Source of the DNA: an uncultured Bacteroidota bacterium
Lineage (GTDB): Bacteria; Bacteroidota; Bacteroidia; Flavobacteriales; Flavobacteriaceae
NCBI GenBank assembly: GCA_902558025.1
Contig: CACECH010000002.1
Location: 27,667-91,666, forward strand
Length of the DNA stretch: 64,000 nucleotides
Direction of reading: 5' to 3'
Within the stretch, counting starts at the first letter, position 1; the number at the start of each line of letters is the position of its first letter. The translations under genes and the position numbers were made by a program. Positions 19,751 through 29,862 of the stretch are shown here, in pieces. Below the pieces are notes generated by a model. It saw only the letters and a list, made by a program, of their open reading frames with translations, did no database searches and was not told where the DNA came from.

Positions 19751-21635
19751 TAGCTCCATCTATAATTTCTGTAACAATATCAGGATTTAAAAGTGTAGAT
19801 GTGTCTCCAAGATTCTGAAAATCATTACTTGCAACCTTTCTTAGGATTCTTCTCATTATCTTACCAGATCTAGTCTTGGGTAAACCACTAACAATTTGAA
19901 TTTTATCTGGTTTTGCAATTGGTCCTATTACTTTTCTTACAACATTTATTATCTCATCCTTAATTTTATCATCATTTAATTTTGTACCTACTATAACATA
20001 TGCATATATACCCTCACCTTTAATATCATGAGGATATCCAACAACAGCTGATTCAATTACATCTTCATGCTCATTAATTGCATTTTCAACCTCAGCTGTT
20101 CCCATTCTATGACCTGATACATTCATTACGTCATCAACTCTACCAAGTATTCTCAGGTATCCATCATGATCTCTTTTAACTCCATCACCTGTAAAGTACA
20201 TACCTTTATAGTTTGAGAAGTATGTATTAATGCATCTTTCATGATCACCATATGTGGTCCTGATGATAGATGGCCAAGGAGATTTAATACATAAATTACC
20301 TTGAACATTATTTCCATTTAATTCATTACCATCCGCGTCAACGATTACAGGCATAATACCTGGTAATGGCAATGAAGCATGAGCTGGCTTGTTGGGAGTA
20401 ATTCCTGCAAGTGCTGAGATCATTATACCACCTGTTTCAGTTTGCCACCATGTATCAACTAAAGGACACTTTCCTTTACCAATATTATCATGGTACCAAT
20501 GCCATGCTTCTTCGTTTATTGGTTCTCCGACAGATCCAATAACTTTCAATGAATCGAGTGAGTTATTTTTAAGTGGCTCTAGACCATGAGCTTGAAGAGC
20601 TCGAATTGCAGTTGGTGCTGTATAGAATTGATTAATCTTATATTTATCAACTATATCCCAAAAACGACTAACATTAGGATGTGTTGGAACACCTTCAAAC
20701 ATTACTGTAGTGGCACCACAAAGTAAAGGTCCATATACTATATAAGAATGTCCTGTAATCCATCCTACATCGGCAGTACACCAATAAATATCTTCTTCAT
20801 CATATTGGAATACATTTAAGAATGTATAAGAAGAGTATATCATGTATCCAGCTGAAGAATGAACAACACCTTTTGGCTTACCTGTAGAGCCTGATGTATA
20901 TAAAATAAATAATAAGTCCTCTGAATCCATAACTTCAGAATCGCATATGTTAGATTCATCTTCAATACATTCATGCCACCAAAAGTCTCTTGCGTCCTCC
21001 ATATTAATATTTTGTTTTGTCCTTTCTAAAACAATAACACTTTCAATTGATGAACATTTTTCAAGAGCTTCATCAACTACATCTTTAACAGGAATTGTCT
21101 TATTTCCTCTAAAGTTTCCATCAGATGTTAATACCATCTTTGCCTCACAATCATTTATTCTATCTGCTAAAGATGAAGCAGAAAAGCCAGCAAAGACAAC
21201 TGAGTGAACTGCGCCCACTCTTGCACAAGCAAGCATAGCAATAGCTGCCTCTGGAACCATTGGCATGTAGATAATTACTCTGTCTCCTTTCTTAATTCCT
21301 TTACTTCTAAGAGCATTAGAAAAAGTACATGTTTGCTTGTAAAGTTCTTTGTATGATAGATATATTGGTGACTCTTTAGGATCATTTGGCTCCCATATGA
21401 TAGCAGTCTTGTCTCCTCTTTCAGAAAGGTTTCTCTCAAAAATATTTTCAGTTATATTTAATTGAGCATTTTTAAACCATTTAAAATCTGCATTTTCAAA
21501 ATCCGACTCAAGGACATTGTCCCACTTTTTTTTCCAAATGAATGAATCAGCAATTTCAGACCAAAATTTTTCTGGATCTTTTTCACTTAATTCGTATTTT
21601 TTGAAATATTCAGATAAGGTTTTTATTCTTTGCAT
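19743..21635 (-). CDS. acs: Acetyl-CoA synthetase (AMP-forming)
   Basis: 630 aa. It has the AMP-binding motif YTSGSTGKPKG, WWQTETGG, and the C-terminal PKTRSGKIMRRILRK. Confidence 0.97.
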   Translation of the reverse strand: MQRIKTLSEYFKKYELSEKDPEKFWSEIADSFIWKKKWDNVLESDFENADFKWFKNAQLNITENIFERNLSERGDKTAIIWEPNDPKESPIYLSYKELYKQTCTFSNALRSKGIKKGDRVIIYMPMVPEAAIAMLACARVGAVHSVVFAGFSASSLADRINDCEAKMVLTSDGNFRGNKTIPVKDVVDEALEKCSSIESVIVLERTKQNINMEDARDFWWHECIEDESNICDSEVMDSEDLLFILYTSGSTGKPKGVVHSSAGYMIYSSYTFLNVFQYDEEDIYWCTADVGWITGHSYIVYGPLLCGATTVMFEGVPTHPNVSRFWDIVDKYKINQFYTAPTAIRALQAHGLEPLKNNSLDSLKVIGSVGEPINEEAWHWYHDNIGKGKCPLVDTWWQTETGGIMISALAGITPNKPAHASLPLPGIMPVIVDADGNELNGNNVQGNLCIKSPWPSIIRTTYGDHERCINTYFSNYKGMYFTGDGVKRDHDGYLRILGRVDDVMNVSGHRMGTAEVENAINEHEDVIESAVVGYPHDIKGEGIYAYVIVGTKLNDDKIKDEIINVVRKVIGPIAKPDKIQIVSGLPKTRSGKIMRRILRKVASNDFQNLGDTSTLLNPDIVTEIIDGAII

Positions 21636-21637
21636 TT

Positions 21638-23305
21638 CTATTTAGGATATCTTATGCTTTCAACTAATTCCTTAATATTTTCAGGTGTTGGTTTTGTTAA
21701 TCTTGAGACTATTAAAGATACAATAAAGTTAATTATCATACCAATAGTTCCAATTCCCTCAGGTGATATTCCAAATAAATAATCTTTTGGTAAACCTGGT
21801 CCACCAAGTTGGGGTTTAAAATAAAAAATATATATAGTTGTAAAGACTACACCTACAATCATTCCAGATAATGCTCCTTCCTTGTTCATTCTTTTGTCAA
21901 AAATCCCAAGAATTATTGCAGGAAAAAAAGAGGACGCAGCAAGACCAAAAGCTAATGCAACAACTTCTGCAACAAATCCAGGGGGATTTAATCCAGCCAG
22001 TCCAGCTGCAACAACTGCTACTGCTATAGAAATTCTTGCTGCCCATAATTCTCCTTTTTCAGAAATATTAGGATTTATATTCTTCTTGAGAAGATCATGG
22101 GATATTGAGGTTGAAATTACAAGAAGCAAACCTGCTGCAGTTGAAAGAGCAGCAGCTAAACCACCAGCTACTATAAGCCCAATTACCCATGAAGGTAAGT
22201 CAGCAATCTCAGGATTTGCTAGGACCATTATATCTCTGTCAATTGTTAACTCGTTAATTTGTTCATCAGCTACATACTGGATTACACCATCTGCATTTTT
22301 ATCATCGAATTGAAGTAAACCTGTGTTCTCCCAATTTTTAAACCATTGAGGTACTTCTGAATATTGAGCATTTGATACTGTATTAATTAAATTAACTTTA
22401 GCAAATGCAGCAACAGCTGGAGCAGTTGTATATAAAAATGAAATAAATAATAATGCCCATCCTGCAGATATTCTAGCATCTCTTACTTTAGGAACAGTAA
22501 AAAATCTTACAATAACATGAGGAAGTCCAGCAGTTCCAAACATTAATGCAGCAGTTATAAAAAACACATTAATTAATGTGGTCTGATTAATATCAGTATA
22601 CTTTTTAAAACCTAAATCAACAGACAATTGATTAAGCTTCTCTAAAAGATATACTCCATCAGTTGTCTTGCTACCAAATCCAATTTGAGGAATTGGGTTT
22701 CCTGTTGCTTGAAGTGATATAAAAATTGCTGGGACTGTAAAAGCGAAAATTAGAACACAGTATTGAGCTACTTGAGTATATGTAATACCTTTCATACCCC
22801 CAAGAACAGCGTAGAAGAATACTATTCCAATACCAATAATTACTCCCAGATCATATGGTATCTCAAGAAATCTTGAGAATGCAACTCCAACTCCCTTCAT
22901 CTGTCCAACCACATAGGTAAATGAAACAAAAATTGCACATATTAATGCAATTGTTCTGGCATTTTTTGAATAATATCTTTCTCCAATAAAATCTGGCACG
23001 GTAAATTTTCCGAATTTCCTTAGATAAGGTGCAAGGCAAAGGGCCAATAATACATAACCTCCAGTCCATCCCATTAAATATTGTGATCCACCATAACCTA
23101 GAAATGAAATAATACCTGCCATAGAAATAAATGAGGCGGCCGACATCCAATCAGCTGCAGTTGCCATTCCATTTAGTACTGGATGAATTCCTCCACTAGC
23201 AATATAAAATTCCTTAGTACTTTGAGCTCTTGACCATATAGCTATACCTATGTAGAGTGAAAAGGTTACTCCAACTAACAAGTATGTCCAAAATTGTGCA
23301 TCCAT
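21638..23305 (-). CDS. Sodium:solute symporter family transporter, ActP-like (cation/acetate symporter)
   Basis: 555 aa with about 13 predicted TM segments and the SSF signature region. It sits 2 nt upstream of acs and 2 nt downstream of a DUF4212 small subunit, which is the classic acetate-uptake arrangement. Confidence 0.88.
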   Translation of the reverse strand: MDAQFWTYLLVGVTFSLYIGIAIWSRAQSTKEFYIASGGIHPVLNGMATAADWMSAASFISMAGIISFLGYGGSQYLMGWTGGYVLLALCLAPYLRKFGKFTVPDFIGERYYSKNARTIALICAIFVSFTYVVGQMKGVGVAFSRFLEIPYDLGVIIGIGIVFFYAVLGGMKGITYTQVAQYCVLIFAFTVPAIFISLQATGNPIPQIGFGSKTTDGVYLLEKLNQLSVDLGFKKYTDINQTTLINVFFITAALMFGTAGLPHVIVRFFTVPKVRDARISAGWALLFISFLYTTAPAVAAFAKVNLINTVSNAQYSEVPQWFKNWENTGLLQFDDKNADGVIQYVADEQINELTIDRDIMVLANPEIADLPSWVIGLIVAGGLAAALSTAAGLLLVISTSISHDLLKKNINPNISEKGELWAARISIAVAVVAAGLAGLNPPGFVAEVVALAFGLAASSFFPAIILGIFDKRMNKEGALSGMIVGVVFTTIYIFYFKPQLGGPGLPKDYLFGISPEGIGTIGMIINFIVSLIVSRLTKPTPENIKELVESIRYPK

Positions 23306-23307
23306 AA

Positions 23308-23577
23308 CTATTCCTCGAGGTTATGTTTTTTATCAAGCTTATTCATTAAATAAACATATATGAAAATTAGAATAACAAAAATGTAAATTGATCCTTGTTG
23401 AGCAAACCAAAAGCCCAAAGGGAATCCACCTAGGTAAAATTCATTTAAGTTTTCAGCAAGTAAAATACCAAAACCAAAAGAACAAATAAACCAAATTGTT
23501 AGAAGTATCCTGAGGTATAATATGTTTTTTTTCCAATATTTTTCTTTCATTTTGTTTATTTTTTTCAAATTAAACAA
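23308..23577 (-). CDS. DUF4212 small membrane protein (putative solute:sodium symporter small subunit)
   Basis: 89 aa (80 aa if the ATG at 23550 is used), with two TM helices. It lies immediately upstream of the ActP-like gene. Confidence 0.75.
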   Translation of the reverse strand: MFNLKKINKMKEKYWKKNILYLRILLTIWFICSFGFGILLAENLNEFYLGGFPLGFWFAQQGSIYIFVILIFIYVYLMNKLDKKHNLEE

Positions 23578-23614
23578 TAATTAAATAAATATCTCACTGC
23601 ATAATTACTGCTTA

Positions 23615-24094
23615 TCATTTGTTTTCTGGAAACTTTCCATGTTTTCTCAAATCCTCTTTTGTAATTATACTAAATGTCTTTGATTTTGGACCTTCTTTAA
23701 AAATTTCAAATGATTCATTTGGCATTGATATTAGTTTCCTAAGTTTTGTGTCAATAATTCCAAAAGCTAAATCCAGATGAGCTAAATGGTTTCCATTCAT
23801 ATCATAAAAATTTTGAAAAAGAGTGAAAAACCTACCATCTTCACTATAACCATCTACCTCTACATTAATTGAAAACTCAACACCCATCATTATCTCTTTG
23901 TAATAATGCATATGTTCATAGAAAAGGACAGGACCTATATTGAGATTATTAAATTTATCTTTATCTAGTTTTAACTCAGAAAAGAAAGACACTCGAGTAT
24001 CTGTTGCATATTTTATGTATGCATGATTAGCAACATGCCAGTTAGGATCAAGATCAGTCCATGAAGCAAAATATTTTCTTTCAAATTTTTCCAA
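23615..24094 (-). CDS. Hotdog-fold acyl-CoA thioesterase family protein
   Basis: 159 aa with a TTG start. The N-terminal WTDLDPNWHVANHAYIKY pattern is typical of 4HBT-type thioesterases. Confidence 0.6.
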   Translation of the reverse strand: MEKFERKYFASWTDLDPNWHVANHAYIKYATDTRVSFFSELKLDKDKFNNLNIGPVLFYEHMHYYKEIMMGVEFSINVEVDGYSEDGRFFTLFQNFYDMNGNHLAHLDLAFGIIDTKLRKLISMPNESFEIFKEGPKSKTFSIITKEDLRKHGKFPENK

Positions 24095-24126
24095 AAGTAA
24101 AAATTGGTTATTTCAATTTAGGAAAT

Positions 24127-24624
24127 TTAAAAAAAACTTTCTCTGTATCCCCAAAAAATATCAAAATAGAAAAATAAGAAACTAAGACTTATTAAAAATT
24201 TTATCACACTTCCAGCTATAACTCCTATAAATGAGCCAAATGCTGGTTTCAATGATTCATTGAAAGATTTATTATTAGTCATTTCTCCAAGTAAAGCACC
24301 TAAGAAGGGACCAATAATAATTCCAATAGGTCCAAGAATAACTAAAGCCAGAATAAGTCCAACTGTTGTCCCAATTTGTCCAGATCTTGTTCCCCCTAAC
24401 TTTTTAACACCTAATATTGGTATCAAATAATCAAGGATTCCAACTGAAACAGCAACAGTAAGTGTTATTAAAATGAAATTCAAGTTAAACTCAACTACAG
24501 AAGTTAAGTTTAAAAGCAAAATACCCAGCCAAGCAGTAACCGGGCCAGGTATTATTGGTAAAAAACTTCCAATTATGCCAATTAGACAAAACAGAAAGCC
24601 TAATATTAATAAGAATAAATCCAA
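24127..24624 (-). CDS. DUF456 family integral membrane protein
   Basis: 165 aa with a TTG start and 4 TM helices. Gly-rich helices such as GSFLPIIPGP and GPFLGALLGE are typical of DUF456. Confidence 0.6.
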   Translation of the reverse strand: MDLFLLILGFLFCLIGIIGSFLPIIPGPVTAWLGILLLNLTSVVEFNLNFILITLTVAVSVGILDYLIPILGVKKLGGTRSGQIGTTVGLILALVILGPIGIIIGPFLGALLGEMTNNKSFNESLKPAFGSFIGVIAGSVIKFLISLSFLFFYFDIFWGYRESFF

Positions 24625-24629
24625 ATTTA

Positions 24630-25124
24630 TTATTCTGAATTAGGAGATTGTTTTTCATAGATAATAGCCCATTTAAATAAACCATCCTCTACTTGAGCAT
24701 CTATCATTTGAACTGTAGTTACTTCTTCTCCGTCTATAGTTTGAGTTAATGAATGCCCCCCTACTATCCATGTCTGTCCACTAGGCTGACCAATATATGG
24801 CATAACCCAGAATACATTCCACTTAGGATCAACTCCAGATTCAAACCACGCGCTTAGAGCTTCTCCATGTGCATCAGGACCTTCTATTCTTGAACCATCA
24901 GGAACATCGATTCTAATATCTTCAGCTTCAAGAGATTTAATTGTTTCAATATCCCTATTATTATGAGCATCTATAAATTTCAAGTACATCTCAGTCATTT
25001 CATCTGAACCTACTGTAAATGTCTCATTTTCATCTCCTGCCCACATCCCAGAACCTTTTGGTTCTTCAATAGGAGCAGAACATGAAGCTATAAGTATAGC
25101 AAAAAGTAATATATATTTTTTCAT
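24630..25124 (-). CDS. Lipoprotein with an NTF2/SnoaL-like fold; function unknown
   Basis: 164 aa with a lipobox (LIASC). The mature part has an alpha+beta cone-like pattern (YLKFIDAHNNRDIETIKSL...). Confidence 0.55.
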   Translation of the reverse strand: MKKYILLFAILIASCSAPIEEPKGSGMWAGDENETFTVGSDEMTEMYLKFIDAHNNRDIETIKSLEAEDIRIDVPDGSRIEGPDAHGEALSAWFESGVDPKWNVFWVMPYIGQPSGQTWIVGGHSLTQTIDGEEVTTVQMIDAQVEDGLFKWAIIYEKQSPNSE

Positions 25125-25165
25125 TTTGAATTTTGTTTAAAGTTGTTAGTTAAATATAGAAAAAG

Positions 25166-27739
25166 TTAAGCAGAGTTTCTACTAGCATTAATATTTCCAT
25201 AAAGAGATCTTGTTATCATTTTTTCAAATATTGGTTTTTTTGAATTATCCAATTTATTTGAATCAATTTCATTTACAATTTGCAATGCATATTGCTGAAT
25301 AGTAATAAGAGGCATTACTATTTCCTCTCTTGTTTCGATTGATAGTTTATTTGCAGGTTCATTTTCCATCAAATTTTTAAAATTTGAAATCTTTAAAAGC
25401 ATCTTTTTTGTAAGCAGGTATTCTTCATGAATTAATTTCCAGAATTCACCAAACTCTTCATCTTTACTCATATAAGATGTTAATTCAAAGAATGATTTTG
25501 TAAGACTCATCATGCTATTTGAGACAAGTGCTCTGAAAAATGGTACTTCACTATAAAGGTCTTTTACATCCTTAATTTTATTTTTTTTATAGAAATAATT
25601 TATCGATGTTCCTAAACCGTAAAAACCTGGGACATTCTGCTTAAGTTGGTTCCAACCTCCAACAAATGGAATCGCTCGTAATTTATCGAAATCAAATTCT
25701 TCATCTTTATTTCCTCTTTTAGAAGGTCTACTTCCTATGTTTGCTTTCGAGTAATATTTAATAGTACTCATTTTATCAAGGTATGGTATAAATTTAGGGT
25801 GGTTTTTAAAATCACTATAATGTTGAAAACTTAATGATGAAAGCTTTTCAATGGTTTGTCTATTTTTTCTATTAAATACTTCTTTGTTAGATAAAATTCT
25901 ATTTTTTATTCCCGAGCTAATAAGTTGCTCCATATTATATTGGGACGATTCAATTGTCCCAAAATTTGAACTTATTGTTTGACCTTGTACTGTTAACTGA
26001 ATTTGATCTGATTCAATAAAATCTCCTAGTGAACTATAAAATTGATGTGTATTACCTCCTCCTCTAGCAGGTGGGCCCCCTCTTCCATCAAAGAATATTA
26101 CCTTCACACCAAACTTTCTAGAAACTTTTGTTAATGATTCCTTAGCTTTTAAGATACTCCAGTTTGCAGTTAGGTAACCCCCATCCTTAGTTCCATCTGA
26201 AAAACCAAGCATAATTGTTTGTACATTATTTCTGTTTTTTAAATGTTGTCTATATAATTTATTAGCATATACCTTTTGCATAATATCCGATGAATTTTCT
26301 AAATCTGAAACAGATTCAAATAAAGGAACTACATCAACCAAAAATCCATCACCTAATACTAACCTAATCATTGTAAATATTTCAAAAATATTTATGGCAG
26401 ATTTATTATTACTGATAATGTATCTATGGCAGCCCTTTTCACCATTTGATTTTTGAATTTTTTTAATTAGCTCTATAGATTCAATTGTGGATTTAGTAGA
26501 GCTATCCTTAATATTTTTAGAATTTATTTTTGTAGTTAATTTTGATAAACTAGTTTCTTTTTTCTCTTCATTTAGTTTATCATAGGTAGAAGCTAATTCG
26601 TTTTTAAAAAATTTATTTAAAACTTCACTAAATACACTTGAATGTATTCTTGAATCTTGTCTTATATCGAGGGTAGCAAAATGATAACCAAAAATATTTA
26701 CTTTATCTATTAAATCATCCAGATCATCAATAAATAATGACTTGTGCTCATCTACAAGTGTATTTCTAATAAAGGTTAATTTTTCTTTTAGATCTTTTAA
26801 TTTAATTTTTGGCTCTTTACTTGTCTCGAAGATACTTATCCATAATGAGTCTTCTATTGATATTATTATCTCCTCAATTTTTTTAAATGTTAATTTTCTT
26901 CTTAGAGACCTAATATCTCTGTAATAATTTTTTATTATGTCACTCCTAAGTTTTTGAGCTGTTTTAAGAGTTATTTTTGAAGTCACATATGGATTACCAT
27001 CTCTATCACCACCGGGCCAAAAACCTAAAGATATAATATCATAATGATCAAATTGATTATCAAAAATATTTGACTTAATATATTTAAAAATATTACTTGC
27101 AGAGTAATAGAACACATTCTCTAAATACCATGACAGACTTACAGCTTCATCATATGGCGAAGGCTTTTTTTCTTTAAAGAAAGGTGTCTTCCCAAGTTGT
27201 GATAGCAAATCTTTTATTTCGCTTAAATTATTTCTTTCAATTGATTCAGCTAAATCAGTTATAATACCAAGAACAGATCCAGGGTAAAATTGTGTTGGGT
27301 GAGCAGTTAAAACAGGTCGAATTTTGAATGATTTTAAATATTTTTTAAGTTCAGTTTTTTTATTGGATGACTCAACTTGCTCTTTAAGATTTCTAAGCGT
27401 TCCAAATCCATTTATATTATTAACCATTGTAAATGAGGCATCCTCAATTGCATCAAATAAAACTACTTGTCTCTCTACATACTGAATAAATCTAAATAAT
27501 AGAGAAATTTTATTATCCTCATTGTAGTTATCGCAATACTTTTGAAAGAACTGTTCTACTATTGTTCTGGGATCGAGTTTTTTTGAATAGCCAGATTTAC
27601 AAAATTCACTAAAAACAGGGAGTAGATTACCTGTCTCAGATATGCTTTCATACGGAAGTGTAGCAAAAATACTATTATATATATGAAAACGAGATAATAC
27701 TTGTTCTTGAAATCTCTCCTTCTTATTAAGCTTCAGCAT
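25166..27739 (-). CDS. ppc: Phosphoenolpyruvate carboxylase
   Basis: 857 aa. PEPC motifs are VLTAHPTQ, GFSDGTKDGGY and FDGRGGPPARGGG. Confidence 0.96.
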   Translation of the reverse strand: MLKLNKKERFQEQVLSRFHIYNSIFATLPYESISETGNLLPVFSEFCKSGYSKKLDPRTIVEQFFQKYCDNYNEDNKISLLFRFIQYVERQVVLFDAIEDASFTMVNNINGFGTLRNLKEQVESSNKKTELKKYLKSFKIRPVLTAHPTQFYPGSVLGIITDLAESIERNNLSEIKDLLSQLGKTPFFKEKKPSPYDEAVSLSWYLENVFYYSASNIFKYIKSNIFDNQFDHYDIISLGFWPGGDRDGNPYVTSKITLKTAQKLRSDIIKNYYRDIRSLRRKLTFKKIEEIIISIEDSLWISIFETSKEPKIKLKDLKEKLTFIRNTLVDEHKSLFIDDLDDLIDKVNIFGYHFATLDIRQDSRIHSSVFSEVLNKFFKNELASTYDKLNEEKKETSLSKLTTKINSKNIKDSSTKSTIESIELIKKIQKSNGEKGCHRYIISNNKSAINIFEIFTMIRLVLGDGFLVDVVPLFESVSDLENSSDIMQKVYANKLYRQHLKNRNNVQTIMLGFSDGTKDGGYLTANWSILKAKESLTKVSRKFGVKVIFFDGRGGPPARGGGNTHQFYSSLGDFIESDQIQLTVQGQTISSNFGTIESSQYNMEQLISSGIKNRILSNKEVFNRKNRQTIEKLSSLSFQHYSDFKNHPKFIPYLDKMSTIKYYSKANIGSRPSKRGNKDEEFDFDKLRAIPFVGGWNQLKQNVPGFYGLGTSINYFYKKNKIKDVKDLYSEVPFFRALVSNSMMSLTKSFFELTSYMSKDEEFGEFWKLIHEEYLLTKKMLLKISNFKNLMENEPANKLSIETREEIVMPLITIQQYALQIVNEIDSNKLDNSKKPIFEKMITRSLYGNINASRNSA

Positions 27740-27758
27740 TAAATTGATTTATTTAATA

Positions 27759-27766
27759 CAAAGTTA
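27759..27766 (-). promoter_or_regulatory. Putative -7 promoter box (TAacTTTG) for ppc
   Basis: The reverse complement of caaagtta is TAACTTTG. It lies 19 nt upstream of the ppc ATG (27739), in the 78-nt spacer. Confidence 0.35.
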
Positions 27767-27817
27767 ATACATGAAACGTAATAATTTAAAAAATCAGTCT
27801 AAGTATAAGAGTGAATA

Positions 27818-28699
27818 TTAAATCTGATATAAATTAAAGTCAGAAAGACTGGAGTTTCTTTGGTCATTAAAATCAAATAACAAGAAGAAACCTCCACCAC
27901 CTGATCCACAAAGTTTCATATAATATGAATCACTTTTAAGTCCATTTTCCCAAATATTTATTAATTGATTTGGAATCATTTCCTTAAAATTATTGAGCGT
28001 ACTTTCTGACAATTGTTTTAAAGAGTCTCTAAATAAATCTGAACCATTAAGAAGATATTCAATACACTCGTTAGTATTAATAATGTATTTATTGTCAAAG
28101 AAATATTTAAATTCACTTTCATTCATTTTATTTTGAAATACCTCAATCATTTTCTTTGTTGAAGAGTTTATTTTACTATCCATTATAGAAACTGTAAAGT
28201 TTTTATAATGAATTTTATCTATCAATTTAATTTGCTTATTGGAATAGAATATTGGACTATTAAACAGTGAAACAGATGGGTCAAGACCAGAAGACTTTCC
28301 ATGAAATTTTGATTCAATAATTGACAATAGATTTTTTATCTCTTCGACATTTAAATTAACATTATCTTTTTTTTTATATGAATCAAAAACTGATGCAATA
28401 AGAGCACCACTGCTTCCTAAACCTGAAGCAATAGGTATGCTACTAACAAAGTGTAACCCTCTATCTATGTCATTTTTAAACAAATTAAAATCAATTTTAT
28501 CTTTAATGTCTAAATCAGTCATAAATTCATATAACTGGAGAATATTAGAATTTGAAATCTTCTCTTCATGATTTAAAAAATCTGATTTATTTAAATAACC
28601 ATAAAATTTTTCAAAAGGAATGGATAATGCATCAGAGTTTGATAAAACTCCATATTCGCCAAATAGTAAAACTTTTGAATAAAACTTTTTATTATCCAT
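27818..28699 (-). CDS. GHMP-family kinase of the mevalonate pathway (divergent mevalonate kinase or phosphomevalonate kinase)
   Basis: 293 aa. It has the N-terminal KVLLFGEYGVL and the GHMP motif II PIASGLGSSGALIAS. The start overlaps the stop of the diphosphomevalonate decarboxylase gene by 1 nt. Confidence 0.75.
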   Translation of the reverse strand: MDNKKFYSKVLLFGEYGVLSNSDALSIPFEKFYGYLNKSDFLNHEEKISNSNILQLYEFMTDLDIKDKIDFNLFKNDIDRGLHFVSSIPIASGLGSSGALIASVFDSYKKKDNVNLNVEEIKNLLSIIESKFHGKSSGLDPSVSLFNSPIFYSNKQIKLIDKIHYKNFTVSIMDSKINSSTKKMIEVFQNKMNESEFKYFFDNKYIINTNECIEYLLNGSDLFRDSLKQLSESTLNNFKEMIPNQLINIWENGLKSDSYYMKLCGSGGGGFFLLFDFNDQRNSSLSDFNLYQI

Positions 28700-29769
28700 T
28701 ATCTGATTTTTGTAGCACCATTTCCTAAATGATCATGAATACAAGATTTAGACTTGCATAATACAAGAAGTTCATCATCTATAAATTTTGTTATTATTTC
28801 AGTCTCAGATTTAGGGTATAATAAATGGACATTTGAACCAGCATCTAATGTAAAGCTTAAATGAAGTTTAGTCTCTCTCCTAAATTCCAACACTTTATAA
28901 ATTGCTTCTAGAGTATTTGGCTTCATAAGTATATAGTATGGATCTGATGACAACATTAATGAGTGAATCATCAATGCTTCTGATTCAGTAATACTAATGA
29001 AGTCATTTAACTCACCTGATTTTAAAATATCTTTTAGTCTTTCAGTATTATTTTTTGCAATTTCAAATCTTTTTTTAGAAAAAGGGTTCTTATTCATTAA
29101 CTCATGTCCTAAAGAACTTGAAATCACTTTCTGACCAGGATCAATTATCAATATTGTATTATTATAATCATGAAATATTTTATCAACTTCATGTGAAATA
29201 TTCACAGCATATAAATCTGAACTTTCTTTAAAAGCATCTGTTTTCCCCCATAGTGTTACTGGACCTTCAATACTCCTAGATGCACTTCCGGATCCAAGTC
29301 TAGATATAAATGATTTCTTTCTAAGATTAAAATTATTATCATTACTTGTAATCTGAGATTCAATATCTACTAAACATGATGCCAAAGCTGACATAGAAGA
29401 TGCAGAAGATGCAATTCCACTGCTATGTGGAAAATTATTTTTTGAGTTTATATATAAATCATGATTTTTTAGAAATCCAAAATACTTATCAATACTTTTA
29501 ATAAAAGCATTTACTTTTTTTTCAAAATCTTGATTTTCCTTTCCATCAAATGTGAAATGTATTTCATTTTGAGTATTTTTTTTTGGCTTAAATTCAACTA
29601 CAGTATTGGTATAGCACTGAGATAAAGTAAAACTAATAGATGGATTTTGAGGTATTTGATTTTGTTTTTTACCCCAATACTTAACAAGAGCAATATTACT
29701 TGGAGAGTTCCACTCAACTATTCCACTAGACTCAAAACTATCAGAACAAACAAAATCCTGCTCAACCAT
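28699..29769 (-). CDS. mvaD: Diphosphomevalonate decarboxylase
   Basis: 356 aa. It has SNIALVKYWGKK, GIASSASS and GSGSASRS, and is a GHMP-superfamily decarboxylase. Confidence 0.9.
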   Translation of the reverse strand: MVEQDFVCSDSFESSGIVEWNSPSNIALVKYWGKKQNQIPQNPSISFTLSQCYTNTVVEFKPKKNTQNEIHFTFDGKENQDFEKKVNAFIKSIDKYFGFLKNHDLYINSKNNFPHSSGIASSASSMSALASCLVDIESQITSNDNNFNLRKKSFISRLGSGSASRSIEGPVTLWGKTDAFKESSDLYAVNISHEVDKIFHDYNNTILIIDPGQKVISSSLGHELMNKNPFSKKRFEIAKNNTERLKDILKSGELNDFISITESEALMIHSLMLSSDPYYILMKPNTLEAIYKVLEFRRETKLHLSFTLDAGSNVHLLYPKSETEIITKFIDDELLVLCKSKSCIHDHLGNGATKIR

Positions 29770-29862
29770 TTAAATATTGTTAAAAATCCTTTAAATATAA
29801 TAAAGATAAACTCCAGGATGAATATTATTTGTTTAATTTGGATTTCCTAAAAGTAAATTTAT

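Noticed and set aside
21882-22313. 143-aa ORF on the plus strand inside the ActP-like gene. It is Ala/Thr/Pro-rich.
   Set aside because: It is entirely antisense to a well-supported transporter CDS. Its composition mirrors the Gly/Ala-rich TM codons of the sense strand, and it has no motif, promoter box or spacer. This is a typical shadow ORF. The same reasoning applies to the other listed antisense ORFs: 177-404, 3917-4117, 4035-4298, 17047-17241, 20947-21207, 22863-23150, 30625-30954, 37112-37420, 43531-43737, 45091-45396, 46419-46673, 55264-55539, 57405-57671, 61773-62021 and 63061-63324.
22994-23011. A TGGCAC hexamer resembling a sigma-54 -24 element.
   Set aside because: The -12 position reads ATTTT rather than TTGC. 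The site is inside the ActP-like CDS and points antisense to it. I saw no sigma-54-type promoter in any spacer.
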